Assembly (NCBI RefSeq): GCF_048593235.1 | Contig: NC_133617.1 | Coordinates: 18,977,607 to 19,041,606 of the forward strand | Reading direction: 5' to 3' | Source: Sminthopsis crassicaudata | Lineage: Eukaryota | DNA: 64,000 nt | Part shown: one piece after another, positions 47,601-57,862 of the stretch | How the letters are laid out: each line of letters opens with the position of its first letter | Position numbering within the stretch: the first letter of the stretch is position 1 | Made by a program: the position numbers and the translations under genes | The notes under the pieces: generated by a model | Database searches by the model: none | Seen by the model: only the letters and a program-made list of their open reading frames with translations | What the model was told of the DNA's origin: nothing

Positions 47601-48878
47601 CACCTACCAGGAGCCACATCCCAGGGAGTCTGAGGGGGAGGAGGCCGAAGCTCGGGCCAGCAGCCCCCAGGAAGGGGGAGGGGCGGTCTGGGCTCTGACT
47701 TATTCTGGAGAACGCCTTGGGCAGGCCAGCATTTATGAAGCGCTCAGGGTATGCACTTGGAGGCCTGGCTCCTCGGAGCCCAGCTGAGCACGGGGGAAGC
47801 TCCTCTCGTCCTGGGAAAGAGTGGGTGCCCCCCCCCACGTGCTTTTTGAGGGGCTGACTCTGACCCCGAGGGCAGCCCCTCCCCCTCTGGAAGGCTCTGG
47901 GGTTGAGTCCTGCAGAAAGCCACTGGGGCACCGCTCACTAGGGAAGGGGGAGCCCCCGGGGGCGGGGGTTTGTCTATAACAGGAGTTTAATAAGTGCTGA
48001 CAGCCCCTCCCCCACGCTGGGGTCTCACTCGGAGCCTCCGTTAAAAAGGGAGCTGCGGCACAGGGGCCCCTCGCGCACAGAACCCCAGCCCTGGCGAGGG
48101 AGACCCGAGTTCAAATCAGCCCGAGGCACGGACCAGCGGTGACCCTAGGCGGGTCCTGGCGCCCGTTTGCCTCAGTTTCCCCAACTCTAAAATGGACGGG
48201 GTGGTGATGGAGGTCAGGAATGTAAAGGTCGGCACACAGCAGGTGCTGCATAAATGCTCACACCTGTCCCAGTAACACAGGAGGCACTTAATAGATGCTG
48301 GTTCTTGATGTGAGTCTCACTGAGCGCTCTAGTCGGACGCCATCATTTGGGAGGAGGGGCAGTGACCCGTCCAAGGTCACACGGAGACCCAGGAGCAAAG
48401 CTGGAATTCGAACCCGGGCCTTCTCCACCCAGCTCCGCGCAGCCGGCCGGCTAAGCGAGTCCCAACTTCCAACAAGCTAACTTGGGGGCAGGGGGCGGAG
48501 CCAGAGCTCCCAGCGCCCCCTGCGCCCGGCCCCACCTCCCCCAACGCGCGCTCCCGGCCCCGCCCTCAGGGTTTCGAGCTCCGAGCCCTCAGCCCCGCAC
48601 ACCTCTCCGTCCTCCGGCCTCTGCCCCTCCCCCACTGGCGACCCTGCGCTTGCGCGCCCCCGGCGCCCGCGCGCTTCTGCCCCTCCCCCCGCCCCGTCCT
48701 CCAGCCGCTCGGCTTCCTGGCGCCCCCGCCCCTCTCTCCGCGGCTGCGCCCTCGCGCTCCCCCTCAGGCCCGGCTCCGGAGCCAGCCCCACTGACCTGAG
48801 TACGGCCCCGGCCCGCAGGAGGCGCCGGAGACTCCGGTCCAACGCCGCCGCCGCCGCCTCGGCCCCAGGGCTGAACAT
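28292..48878 (-). CDS. USP30: Ubiquitin carboxyl-terminal hydrolase 30 (mitochondrial outer-membrane/peroxisomal DUB), 517 aa, 13 coding exons
   Basis: Exon sizes 83+110+183+116+99+46+95+60+87+81+214+112+268 = 1554 nt, in frame, all GT-AG. TM segment WGVLGGVAAALAAGIYVLW + RKKRRK. Cys box GNTCF, His box HSGHF and USP30-type third residue Ser (WISDD). Confidence 0.97.
29017..29128 (-). CDS. USP30: USP30 exon 12 (SAQPSRTKALFINGACS...VPDY)
   Basis: CAG|CT ... AG|GTAAGT, 112 nt. Confidence 0.92.
29711..30520 (+). mobile_element. Possible solo LTR relic (interrupted by a SINE) in USP30 intron 11; boundaries uncertain
   Basis: TG start, TATAAAA at about 30024, AATAAA at about 30464, short hairpins. 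No TSD found. Confidence 0.3.
30280..30431 (+). mobile_element. WSINE1-type CORE-SINE with perfect 15-bp TSD
   Basis: TSD AAAGAATTATCCATG at 30265-30279 and 30432-30446; A/B boxes; A-rich tail. Confidence 0.9.
30530..30785 (-). mobile_element. Mar1-type CORE-SINE
   Basis: TTAGCAAAGATACTGGAG...GCTCATTTT...GAACTGAGGCAAAC...GGATTTGAACTC. Confidence 0.7.
32141..32354 (-). CDS. USP30: USP30 exon 11 (LPQCLCIHLQRLSWSS...TAPKS)
   Basis: CAG|CTT ... CAG|GTACCT (weak donor; an in-frame TGA follows if unspliced), 214 nt. Confidence 0.92.
32446..32526 (-). CDS. USP30: USP30 exon 10 (IEAEGTLNGEVVEHQRTTFVKQLKLGK)
   Basis: CAG|ATT ... AAG|GTAAGA, 81 nt. Confidence 0.96.
33106..33192 (-). CDS. USP30: USP30 exon 9 (GRPLTLDHCLHHFISSESVRDVVCDNCTK)
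   Basis: TAG|GGT ... AAG|GTATCT, 87 nt. Confidence 0.96.
33602..33752 (+). mobile_element. Older CORE-SINE
   Basis: CTAGGTGACACAGTGGGTAGAACACCAGCCCTGGAGTCAGGAGG...GTGACCCCAAGCAAGTCAC plus tail. Confidence 0.75.
33826..33885 (-). CDS. USP30: USP30 exon 8 (SPVRYDTFDSLSLSIPAATW)
   Basis: CAG|AGT ... TGG|GTAGGT, 60 nt. Confidence 0.95.
34573..34667 (-). CDS. USP30: USP30 exon 7 (ALHPMSSAWKSQHPFHGRLTSNMVCKHCEHQ)
   Basis: TAG|GA ... CAG|GTAAAG, 95 nt, CxxC. Confidence 0.95.
35586..35743 (+). mobile_element. Young WSINE1-type SINE in USP30 intron 6
   Basis: Perfect 15-bp TSD AATTCCTGGACCTCA (35571-35585; 35744-35758) and an uninterrupted A run at 35715-35745. Confidence 0.92.
36651..36696 (-). 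CDS. USP30: USP30 exon 6 (LQQEMTLQQISCRIR)
   Basis: CAG|CTG ... G|GTAGAC, 46 nt, restores phase between exons 5 and 7. Confidence 0.88.
37368..37466 (-). CDS. USP30: USP30 exon 5 (DAHELFHVITSSLEDERD...HSLE)
   Basis: TAG|GAT ... GAG|GTAAAG, 99 nt. Confidence 0.96.
40119..40163. repeat. (AC)n microsatellite with degenerate AC-rich flank from about 40084
   Basis: Direct reading. Confidence 0.95.
40240..40379 (-). mobile_element. WSINE1-type SINE
   Basis: Reverse of GGGCAGCTC...GAGTTCAACTCC...CCCTGGGCAAGTCACTTAACCCCAATTGCCTC plus tail. Confidence 0.85.
40538..40653 (-). CDS. USP30: USP30 exon 4 (LSCQEVTSGEEEEDVLDAG...FEEQ)
   Basis: CAG|CT ... CAG|GTGAGA, 116 nt. Confidence 0.95.
40959..41678 (+). 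mobile_element. 5'-truncated young L1 (ORF2 C-terminus, 3' UTR, (TA)n and A tail) in USP30 intron 3, antisense to the gene
   Basis: Perfect 14-bp TSD AAATTCATGGGGCT (40945-40958; 41679-41692) at a TTT/AAAT endonuclease site. Uninterrupted ORF2 end (PFDPAALLLGLYPKE...LMLSEMSR...YEDVF*). Confidence 0.93.
42341..42523 (-). CDS. USP30: USP30 exon 3 (catalytic Cys box LNLGNTCFMNSLLQ)
   Basis: TAG|GG ... G|GTAGGG, 183 nt. Confidence 0.96.
43461..43589. other. Assembly gap (129 N)
   Basis: Direct reading. Confidence 1.
44030..44470 (-). mobile_element. Old degraded L1 fragment
   Basis: AT-rich sequence resembling the reverse of the L1 ORF2 5' region, from recall. No TSD. Confidence 0.4.
44491..44624 (-). 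mobile_element. WSINE1-type SINE
   Basis: Reverse of GGGGCCAGCTAGGTGGCGCAGTGGATAGAGC...GTGACCCTGGGCAAGTCACTTAACCCCAATTGCC. Confidence 0.85.
45791..45900 (-). CDS. USP30: USP30 exon 2 (transmembrane anchor)
   Basis: TAG|GTAT ... G|GTAAGG, 110 nt. Confidence 0.96.
46534..46699. repeat. 166-nt pure polypurine (GA-rich) tract with degenerate internal repetition
   Basis: Only G and A on the plus strand from 46534 to 46699. Confidence 0.95.
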
Positions 48879-49620
48879 TGCCCCGGCTCGCTCGGAGGGG
48901 AGGCCGCCCGGCCCCGCCCAGCCGAACTCCCCGAGCTGCCCCCCTCCCACCCCGCCCCGCCCCCGCGGGGCTCAGCTCTTTTGGCTTAGGGGAGCGGGCA
49001 CTCTGAGCCGGAGGAGGTGGGGGGGACTCGGGAAAGAGACGGACCGGAAACAGGCTTCTGCCGGAGGATAAAAGTCGAAGGACAGCAACCACCACCTTCC
49101 GGCCTCCTTTAATCCCGTCTTCCCTAGCAACCGGCCCGCGCACGCGCGTAGGCTCGAGAGCTCGTTGCTACGAAGAGGACGCGGGGTGGGTGGGGGTCGG
49201 GGAGGGAGAGACCGAAGAACGTCTGCGCAGACTCCGAGGCCTAGGGTTACGTCCCCCGTAGGAGGAGCCCCAGAATCTGGGACGTTGGAACTCTCGGGGA
49301 TGCTTCCCTGATAAAGTCTAGCTCTGGCGTCGCTTTTGGTGAAATCAGGGAGACCAGGGACCGGTCCTTGGCCTTGCGTACCTGGCCTGACCCCGAGTGC
49401 CGGGACGGAGGTCCGCGCTCAGCGAGCGGCCTCCACGTTGGGCCGGGCCACAGCGTAGACGTATCCGTAGTTTCCGTGCACCTGAGCCAGCCCCAGACGG
49501 CCTTCCTTAAGAATCACTCCCGGGCTTTTATTTTGGTGGGGGGGCGGGCGGGCCTCGCTGCGGACCGCCCCTGACATGAGGACCCACGGGCGTATTAATC
49601 TGTTTCGGAGCATCCTGGAG
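48420..49620. promoter_or_regulatory. USP30 CpG-island promoter with NRF1 site (CGCGCACGCGCG, 49137-49148), RFX-like CCCTAGCAAC and GC boxes
   Basis: Dense CpG around exon 1 and a full match to the NRF1 consensus YGCGCAYGCGCR. Confidence 0.8.
48796..48878 (-). CDS. USP30: USP30 exon 1 (MFSPGAEAAAAALDRSLRRLLRAGAVL)
   Basis: ATG at 48878, donor AG|GTCAGT, 83 nt, phase 2. Confidence 0.9.
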
Positions 49621-50288
49621 CCCCCAGCCCCTTTCTTTGTATCTCCCTCACTTCCCACCTGGAAGGACCGGGTATGCCCCCTGCCCGGGGAGCTGGCACA
49701 GTTGACAGGATGCCAAGGAAAGGTCACGGCAATGCCCCATGGCCTATGACCTCCTTAAGTGGGGCCACTGGGATCACCTCGTCTCCCCCCCTCCCCCCCA
49801 GCAGGCAGAACATGTCATTACCATGACAGCCTCGGGCTTTCCAAACTGTAACCAAGAGGAGCCACGGCTTCCAGCAGCCCTGGGGCAGGGGAGCCATGGG
49901 ACACAGGGCCCAGTGAGGGAGACTGGCCGGAAGGGGGAGCACCACAGAGGGAGCACGGGCCGGCGCCCGAACCGGGTGCGCACCAGGCTGCGGGTTTCAC
50001 TGGGCCCGATGACGGCTCACTGCACCAGGGGCATGAAGAGCCCCATCCCCCTTCCCAGCCCCCTGTCAGGAGTGTACGAAGTCAGAGGATCGCTAACCTA
50101 CTTGGGGAAGGCAGAGAGGTTGATATAAAGCTTGTCACCAAATGTCCAAAGGAGAAGAGGAGCCTGGGGCCCAGCATTCACCGAGATCAGCCGGAGGCAG
50201 ACACGGGCGCAGTTGTTGGCTGCAGGCATGTGATGGCATGAAATAGATGGCAAACCGAATGCCAAGCTCCTTGAAAAATGGGGGAAAC

Positions 50289-50443
50289 GGGGCAGCTAGG
50301 TGGTGCAATGGTTAGAGCAGCAGCCCTGAAGTCAGGAGGGCCCGAGTTCTAATCAGGCCTCGGACACTTCACTCTTCCTAGCTGTGAGACCCTGGGCGAG
50401 TCACTTAACCCCAGCCTCAGGAAAAAACAAAACAAAAAAGTTA
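50289..50443 (+). mobile_element. WSINE1-type SINE with degenerate 15-bp TSD
   Basis: AAAAATGGGGGAAAC (50274-50288) / AAAAATAGGGAAAAC (50444-50458), 13/15. Confidence 0.85.
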
Positions 50444-50782
50444 AAAAATAGGGAAAACCACCCACAGAGACATAGACAAGAACTAATGGCATCCAGAGGA
50501 GGTAGAAGCTGGGGCTGATACCCTTGACCCCTCCCCACCTTAAGGGGACCCAAGGCGGGGTGTTAAAGGGTGACCAGAGGTCCTATGTACCTATCGCCAT
50601 GTCCTGGGGCCCCCAGAATAAAAAGACACCAGAGCAAAACGCTTAACGCTACGCAGGAGCCCCAGAAGCCATGTTGGATACATAGGTGGCCATAGAAAGG
50701 AGGCACCTTCATAGGGATGATGGCTAGGATCTGAAGGGTATAGCATGTACACAGAGTGTGACCTGTTACCACTACATAGATA

Positions 50783-50950
50783 CAGGGGTTCTCAAACTCC
50801 GGCCCACAGGCCAGATGCGGCCCGCTGGTTATGGCCAATGGGCTGAGGGGCCGAGACAGAGGGTGAGCTTTTGTTTTACTCTAGTCCGGCCCTCCCACAG
50901 TCTGAGGGACAGGGAATTGGCCCCCTAGTTAAAAAGTTTGAGGACCATTG
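50783..50950 (-). mobile_element. hAT MITE (OC1-like)
   Basis: Same TIRs as the other copies; TSD CATAGATA / TATAGACA (6/8). Confidence 0.82.
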
Positions 50951-51659
50951 TATAGACACTGTAATGTCAGCTGAAAAAGAGTGTGTCATGGTACAGGAAA
51001 CAGCCTGCTAGTCAGGACTGCCCAATGCCTCTACCAGGGGTCGGCTGCAGTGTGGGTCCGTGAACAGACAGGGCACAGGGGGCAGCAGTGAGCCTCGCCT
51101 GGCCTCCGTGCCACAGGGGAAGCCATTGAAGAGGCAGGAAGGGGTACACCTGGTGGGCATAACAAAAGCCACAGCCCTTCAACCACCAGTTACATAATGG
51201 GGACCCTCTTCCCACCAGTCAGGGTCACAGGTTACTGTCAGGGAGTTTGGATCAGGTGACTGTTGCTGCCCACAACAAAAACACTGCTAGGTACATAACA
51301 CCCTTCTGTCAAATACTATGTAGGGTACCCCTGGGCGGTGGCCCCCCTCATCTCAGCAGCCTGGGCTGCCATGAGCAACAAGGCTGCTGCAGCGGGGAGC
51401 CCTTCCAACGGTCCCCGTAAAGGCTATATCACGTATAACAGGGGTTCTGTCTTCAGGTCCTATAACCATTTCGAGACACATGTTTTGGGAATAGGAAGCC
51501 AAGACCTATGAACCCCAAATGTCACCAGAGAATGAGACATAGCAGTATTCTGGGACAGGTTGACGTTGGAGCATGTGCAATATGCCCTGCTACCAAGCAG
51601 TGTTTCTCTGTGTCAAAAAAAAAAAAAATGGCACTTGGAACTGCCACCAGAGGTATGTA

Positions 51660-51809
51660 GGGGCAGCTAGGTGGCACAGTGGATAGAGCACCAGTCTTGA
51701 ATTCAGGAAGACCTGAGTTCAAATTTGGTCTCAGACACTTAACAGTTCCTGGCTGTGTGACCCTGGGCAAGTCACTTAACCCCAAATGCCTCAGCAAAAA
51801 AAAAGAAAA
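51660..51809 (+). mobile_element. WSINE1-type SINE
   Basis: GGGGCAGCTAGGTGGCACAGTGGATAGAGCACC...CCCCAAATGCCTC plus A tail. Confidence 0.85.
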
Positions 51810-54207
51810 TGCAATCTACTGAGAAAACAAAGGATAAATAACAATAAGGAGTAGAATCTAGTGCACACCAAGGGTTAGCCATGGAAAAGAGAAAGACAGG
51901 TGTGTCTGGACCACAGTTTCTACTTTGACTTTATCAGAGATGGGATAAATGAATGACGACACCCAGGATTTTGAGATAAAGAAAAAGGGAAGAGGGCACA
52001 TGTTGAAACAATCATATTATTTTTTAAACACAAAGAAAAAGTTCTTAAGCTAAAAGGGAAGAAGATGAGGTATGGGGAGGACAGAGAAGTTTTGGAATCA
52101 TTTCTGTGGAAAGTGAGACAGGTTATCAATTAGGAAGGAATAAATTACCGCAGTAATCTTGCCACCCATCTTGCACCCAATTGGCTCCAGAGGAAAGAGT
52201 AAAGCTGATGAGCACAGAACTTTCCCTTACTTAAATCCAATTCACTTGCAAGTCATAGCATCACGTTCCTGATGTCCCGACAAGCAATACATGAAGGAAC
52301 AAATGAACCAGTTAGCACAGTTGTAGGATTTCCAACAATTTCATTTAGCAACCCCTACATAGGAGCTAGAGAGTGGGAGAAAGACAAGGCTGAGGTTTTG
52401 CAAGAGAAGAAAGAAACAAAGAGAAGAGGGCAAAGGAATCCAGAGTAGAAGACAATAGAAAGTTGAAATGGAGGGATAGCTGAGCGAAGCCTGCCACGAA
52501 AATGCAATGGAATATGATTACATCATGGAATAAAAACTTCATGGAAAGGCTCATGAATTACCAGAGTAAGCATAACCAAGAAAACAGTTAATGCAACGAG
52601 GGCAATGAAATAAATGAATCAATCTGCTGAGTTTGCCCAAGTGTCAACATTCCTAATTATGATGTTGCATACGTGTGACCTGAGGTTCTCCAAGGCAAAG
52701 TTATACCTGAGAAATATCAGTTTTTCCAAGTCCTATTGAGCCGGGCAAGTTTGAGTACAAGCTTGGCAATGGACTTGTGTATGTCCTGCCAGAGACTCTC
52801 AGAGAAGTTTATCATCTGAGATATCTAGATTCTCTATTCTAGCGATATCTTTGCCAAAAATGGGCTATAACTGCTCACCAAAACCCATAAAACATCAGCA
52901 GGCACGTCAGCTAGTACAAATAAAAGAAAACAAACTTCACATGATATTTTTTTTTTCGTATCCTTGTCCGATTCTTCCCCATCAGACTGTCTGCTCAAGT
53001 TATTGTCTTCATTGCCTGGTGCCCACGACAAACCTGAGGTCTAGCCAGTCCAAGTACAGCTGCCACTGAATAATAGATGTTTTTATAAATAGTGATGTAT
53101 TATTAATTTGTAGTGGAAGTGGTGCATTGAGTGGCCATTCCTACCCTGTACTGCCATACATCAGGCAGAAAGAGAGATCTCTGGGATATCTGGAGATAAC
53201 TGGGTCACGGGGTCAGGGTCTCAGAGGCATGGCTATTGATGTGCTAATGTAGTCTAAAGCATATGCTTCTATGTTCCTGGAGAGAGAGAAAACACATGAG
53301 ATCAACAAACAGTCCAAAGTCTTTTTGTTCTCTCATTGGGTTTTAAGAAGGGATTTAGAATTATGCCCTCAAAATGGAACTGAGGAATTACTGAAATTTG
53401 TTGAGAAAGGGAGCAATAGATAACTCAGACCTTCAGAAAGGATCCAATCTTGCTAGACCCTCTTAAGTGGGTACTGCCATGTCCAGGGAGCGGAGTTAGC
53501 GTCTTTGGAATTGTCAAATTCACTTTTCTGCATAGATCTGGCCAAGTTCCTCTGCTCAGAGGTCCCCTTTGATCCCCTGAGTAAATTCAAACCCATTTTA
53601 TTTGGCAAATTTACCTGTCAGGCACAATATCATGTGTTCAGAGGGGAAGGCTCTTAGAAATTCAGTCTTCCCTTTGTCTCTGTCTCTCATTCCTACCACT
53701 CTTCAAAGTCAAAGTCAAGTGTTGCCTTCTCCAAGAAATCTTCCCTGATGTCCTCAGTTAAAATCTTCCCCCCCCACCTCCAACCTTACATAGTCCTTTG
53801 AATTCTGCAGTCCTAATCCACTTGTCTTATGAAACTACCTTATATCTAGCATTGTTATTATTATACCATAAGCCTCAAAGGCAGGAATTTCATGTTATAA
53901 TTAAACTTTGAACCACCACCGTTACCTAGCCCAGGAACCACAATCATGGCTGATCTATGTAGCACTTTAGGGCTTTTGAAGCATTTTCCCACACGTTATC
54001 CCATTTGATCCTCACAACACTCTTGTGAGGTAAATACTACCCAGGAGGCGAGCTCGGTGGTAACCTGACTGTCTGGAAAACTCCCTATCCAAGTGGTTGA
54101 ACCTCTCTGTGTCTCCTCTCAGCCTCCTTATTTGGAGGCTCTGCTCCATGGATTTGAGAGTCCTGCCAACTCTAGATAATGATCTTTAAGAGATCCTATA
54201 GTCTACC

Positions 54208-54398
54208 CAGTGGTCCTCAAACTTTTAAAATAGGGGGTCATTTCACTGTCCCTCAGACTGTGGGAGGGCCGGACTGGAGTAAAAACAAAAGCTCACACTC
54301 TGTCTCCGTCCCTCAGCCCATTTGCCATAACCCAGCGGGCCTAGTAAACATCCTCAGCGGGCGCATCTGGCCCGAGGGCCGTAGTTTGAGAACCCCTG
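54208..54398 (+). mobile_element. hAT MITE (OC1-like)
   Basis: TIRs CAGTGGTCCTCAAACT / AGTTTGAGAACCCCTG; TSD GTCTA-CC / GTCTAACC. Confidence 0.85.
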
Positions 54399-55026
54399 GT
54401 CTAACCCCTGTATTATACAGATGAAGAAAGTAAGACACAGAGAGGTAATGTCATATACATATGGTCACACAGATAAGTGACAAAACTAGTATCCACAACT
54501 CCACACCCAGCTCTTGTTCTGCTGGACCATGTCCCCTCCCCAGGGAAATTTTTTTTTCTAAAGAATAAGGGCTTCCTCTGAGAGCAGCTCCAAAGGGCTT
54601 TCACTAATTTTGTCCAGGCAGGTGTGTCTGAAACAGTTTCCACTTAGCCTCTTCTATCACCTAAGGATGAAATTAAGAGCTTGGCCCAGGCCCATGGATG
54701 GAAATAAAATGAGTCACTGAAAAAGCAGTGACCCCAAGGGTCTGGGCCTGAAACAGGACTTGGGAAGAGTCCAAGATGTCATTGTTACTTTAGCAGACTT
54801 ATCTCTCCACGTAGCTTCCAAAATTAATTTCCTAATGTACAAATCTGACCATGTCATCAGCTTCTCTTCCCTCCATATTCAATAGTGACTTCTTATTGTT
54901 TCTGGTGTTGTGTTAGGATTCTTACAAGGTAATTATGCACTGAGTTCACACCTTTAAAGGTGCTTACACCTTTAAAGGAGCTCTCATTGGTCCTTTAAGG
55001 AGCTCCCACAAGCCCATTCTCTTGGC

Positions 55027-55027
<1 letters not shown>

Positions 55028-55082
<55 letters not shown>
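55028..55082. repeat. (AC)n microsatellite, adjacent to a possible LTR fragment (54911-55027)
   Basis: Direct reading. The LTR-like start TGTTAGGATTCTTACAAGG is recall only. Confidence 0.9.
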
Positions 55083-55084
<2 letters not shown>

Positions 55085-55664
55085 TGACCTTATTCCTTAT
55101 TCCTTCTACATGTCTTTTCATCGTCAATCAACCTTAGTTCTCCCACCTCAGCAGTAGCCTCTGTCCTTCCAATTGGAAGATGGAGCCAGGAGCTCTAAAA
55201 TCTCCATTTCAAGATAAGGGCCAGCACAGCTATTTTCTCACTTCCCACCTGACTACACTACTTGGAGACTTCTCCATTAAGCTCTTGACTCAGTTTCCTA
55301 CCCTTCCTCATTCCCCTTTTCAGCTCTCGTTTGTGAGCTGTCTTCCCCTCTTAGATTATAAGGTCCCTGGGGACAGGGGCTACCTTTCTTTTTTTATATT
55401 TGCATGATTAGGGGGTTAGCTCAGTGCCTGGCATAGAACAGTTACTAAATATTTATTGATGATTTTTGACTTTACATGACTATTCCCCATTTCCGAAATT
55501 TGCTTCCTTCTCAACTCCATCTCTTAGAATCCTTTAGCTTTCTACAAGTTTCTATTTAACTGTTACCTTCTACAAGATGCTTTTCCAGGTCACCCAAGGT
55601 ACCAGTACTTTCCCCACCCCATATCACTGTTTCTTTTTTGTATTCATTCCTCCCCTACTTAATA

Positions 55665-56025
55665 GTTTTTTAAATTATTTTCTAATTACGTGTACTTGCA
55701 TGTAATGTAATTACATTTATTTTTGTAAGATTTTGATTTCCATTTTCCCTCTCTTCCCAAAATGGCCAGCAGTCTTATATAGAGTATGTTATAAAATATA
55801 TTTGTATGTTAGTCATGTTGTGAAAGAAGAATCAAAACAAAAGGGAAAAAAACATGAAGAACAAACAACCCCAAAGTGACAATAATATGTTTTGATCCAC
55901 ATTCAAATCATGCTTTATCTGGATAAGGATAGAATTTTTCATCACGAGTTTTTTAGATTATCTTTAATCACTGTATTGCTGAGAAGAGCAAAAGTCTATC
56001 CAAGTTGATCATCACATATGTATTG
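55665..56025 (-). mobile_element. Old L1 3' end
   Basis: T-rich start, then GTCATGTTGTGAAAGAAGAATCAAAACAAAAGGG...GTATTGCTGAGAAGAGC typical of a reversed marsupial L1 3' UTR. Confidence 0.6.
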
Positions 56026-57093
56026 ATTTTCTATATACTTATACATGTGCATGTCATCTCTCTCTCATAAAATATGAACTCTTTGAGGGTAGGGCTTATT
56101 TAATTTAGTTTTTGTGTTCCAAATCCCTACCAAAATCTCTAGTCCTTGTTCATGTGAACTACAAAAAAAAACAAAAAACAAAACAAAACAAAAAAAGACA
56201 AGCAAACAATTTTGCCTATCTTATATTTATGCATTTTGGTTTTTTAGCCTCAATTCAGAATTTTACACTTATTTGTTAGATTTCATCTTATAACTTTGGG
56301 TCCTTCATGTTTGTTAAGATCCTTTTGAATCTGTTCTTTTTCATGATACATTAACTAAGCAGAATTGATAAGCATGATTCTAGTCATTCAAAATGATTCA
56401 ACTAAGCCTTTATAAAGTGTTTATTATGCTAGATACTAAACATAAAAAACACGAATGAAACATATTCAAGCCTCAGGAAACTCATATTCTACTGAGGGGG
56501 ACACTACAGATCCATAAGGAAAATTGAACACAACAACAGGAAAGAACAGAAAAGGCTTCATGAAGAAAATGGCACCTGAGCTAAGCCTTGAAGGAAGTAT
56601 GAAGAATTCTGGTGGGAAAAGCACAGGATTTAGAAATGTGCTAAATGATCCAAGAATGTTAGTTCTACTCCTTGCTACATAACCTGTGCAACTTTGGGGA
56701 TATTTACTTCAACTCTTTCAGCCTCAGTTTCCTGTAATATACAATTGGGTTGGACCAAATGGTCAGTCTTTCTTCCGGGTCTAAATCTATGCTCAGAATT
56801 CTAAGAAATAGAATGTGTAATTCAAGGTGTGGCTAGCCAGTCATCTAATTTAGCACTGGAAGGGACTTCAGAGATCATCAACAATCCCAACATTTTACAG
56901 ATGAAGAAACTGAAGTTAAGTGGTTTCCCCAAGAATAGGATGGAGGGAGGGATTTGAATCATTATCCTGAGTTCATTTCTCTATTCACTCTACCATTGCT
57001 GCCACTCCACAAAGGAAAATAGTGTGAGATAAACCTCCAGGAAGTAGAGGAGATCACATACTTAAAGAAAAGTAGATTGAAATCAGTCCATAA

Positions 57094-57240
57094 GGGGCAG
57101 CTAGGTGGTACAGTGGATAGAGCACCAGCCTTGAATTCAGGAGGACCCGAGTTCAAATCTGGTCTCAGACACTTAACACTTCCTAGCTGTGTGACCCTGG
57201 GCAAGTCACTTAACCCCAGCTTCAAAAAAAAAAAAAAAAA
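57094..57240 (+). mobile_element. WSINE1-type SINE with 12-bp TSD
   Basis: GAAATCAGTCCA (57079-57090) / GAAATCAATCCA (57241-57252); A tail. Confidence 0.88.
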
Positions 57241-57422
57241 GAAATCAATCCAACTGGTACACTTTGAGTCAATGGAAATGTATCCAGCTTTAAATCTACT
57301 TAGATTTCCTATCCACTATGTACAGATCCACTGTATCCTGTCCATTGTGGACAATAGCTCATGGTTCTAATGATAACCCTTAAGAACATCATGAAAGACT
57401 TTGTCAAATGCCTTGTTGAAAA

Positions 57423-57862
57423 AGGCATCGAAGGTAACTCTCTCCCAGAGCACCCTCGTACCTTTGCATCCCATTCACAAGACAGCTGCCATCTATATAC
57501 CTATCTCTAATTCTGCAGAGGAAGCTGGTAACCTCCTTGCCCTGAAGGCAGACCCTACAGGCTTTAAAAAATGAGTAAAAAAATCAAAAGGATGATCAAT
57601 ATCTTCTATGCAGAAAAAGAGCAGGTTTGCAACCCGGAGGAGACTAATAGCAAACAGTCTCCAGTTAATACCCTGAAGGGGAATGGTACCTGGCCCCCAT
57701 CACATAACTCTCTCCTAGAAGAGACTATTCAAAACCTTAAAAGAGAGTTAGAAGAAAAATGGGGAAAGGAAAGAGAAGCTATGCAAGAGAGTAACAACAT
57801 CATGAAATGTGAATTGGAAAAGATAAAGAATTTCCAGGAAGTGCAGGGAAACAGAATTTGTG
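57423..57862 (+). mobile_element. L1 fragment: 5' UTR end plus ORF1 N-terminus (MSKKIKR...LEETIQNLKRELEEKWGKEREAMQES...), embedded in a probable CR1/L3 relic
   Basis: ATG at 57571 opens a coiled-coil-like K/E-rich frame resembling marsupial L1 ORF1p (recall). The flanks GACTTTGTCAAATGCCTTG... and ...AAGGAAATGAATTTAATTTGG resemble reversed CR1 RT sequence. Confidence 0.65.

Noticed and set aside
52310-53100. Possible endogenous viral element or processed pseudogene (short frames such as INFSESLWQDIHKSIAKLVLKLARLNRTWKN)
   Set aside because: Frames are short and broken by stops, and I recognise no bornavirus, filovirus, parvovirus or cellular motif. A tBLASTn/HMM search would be needed to revive it.
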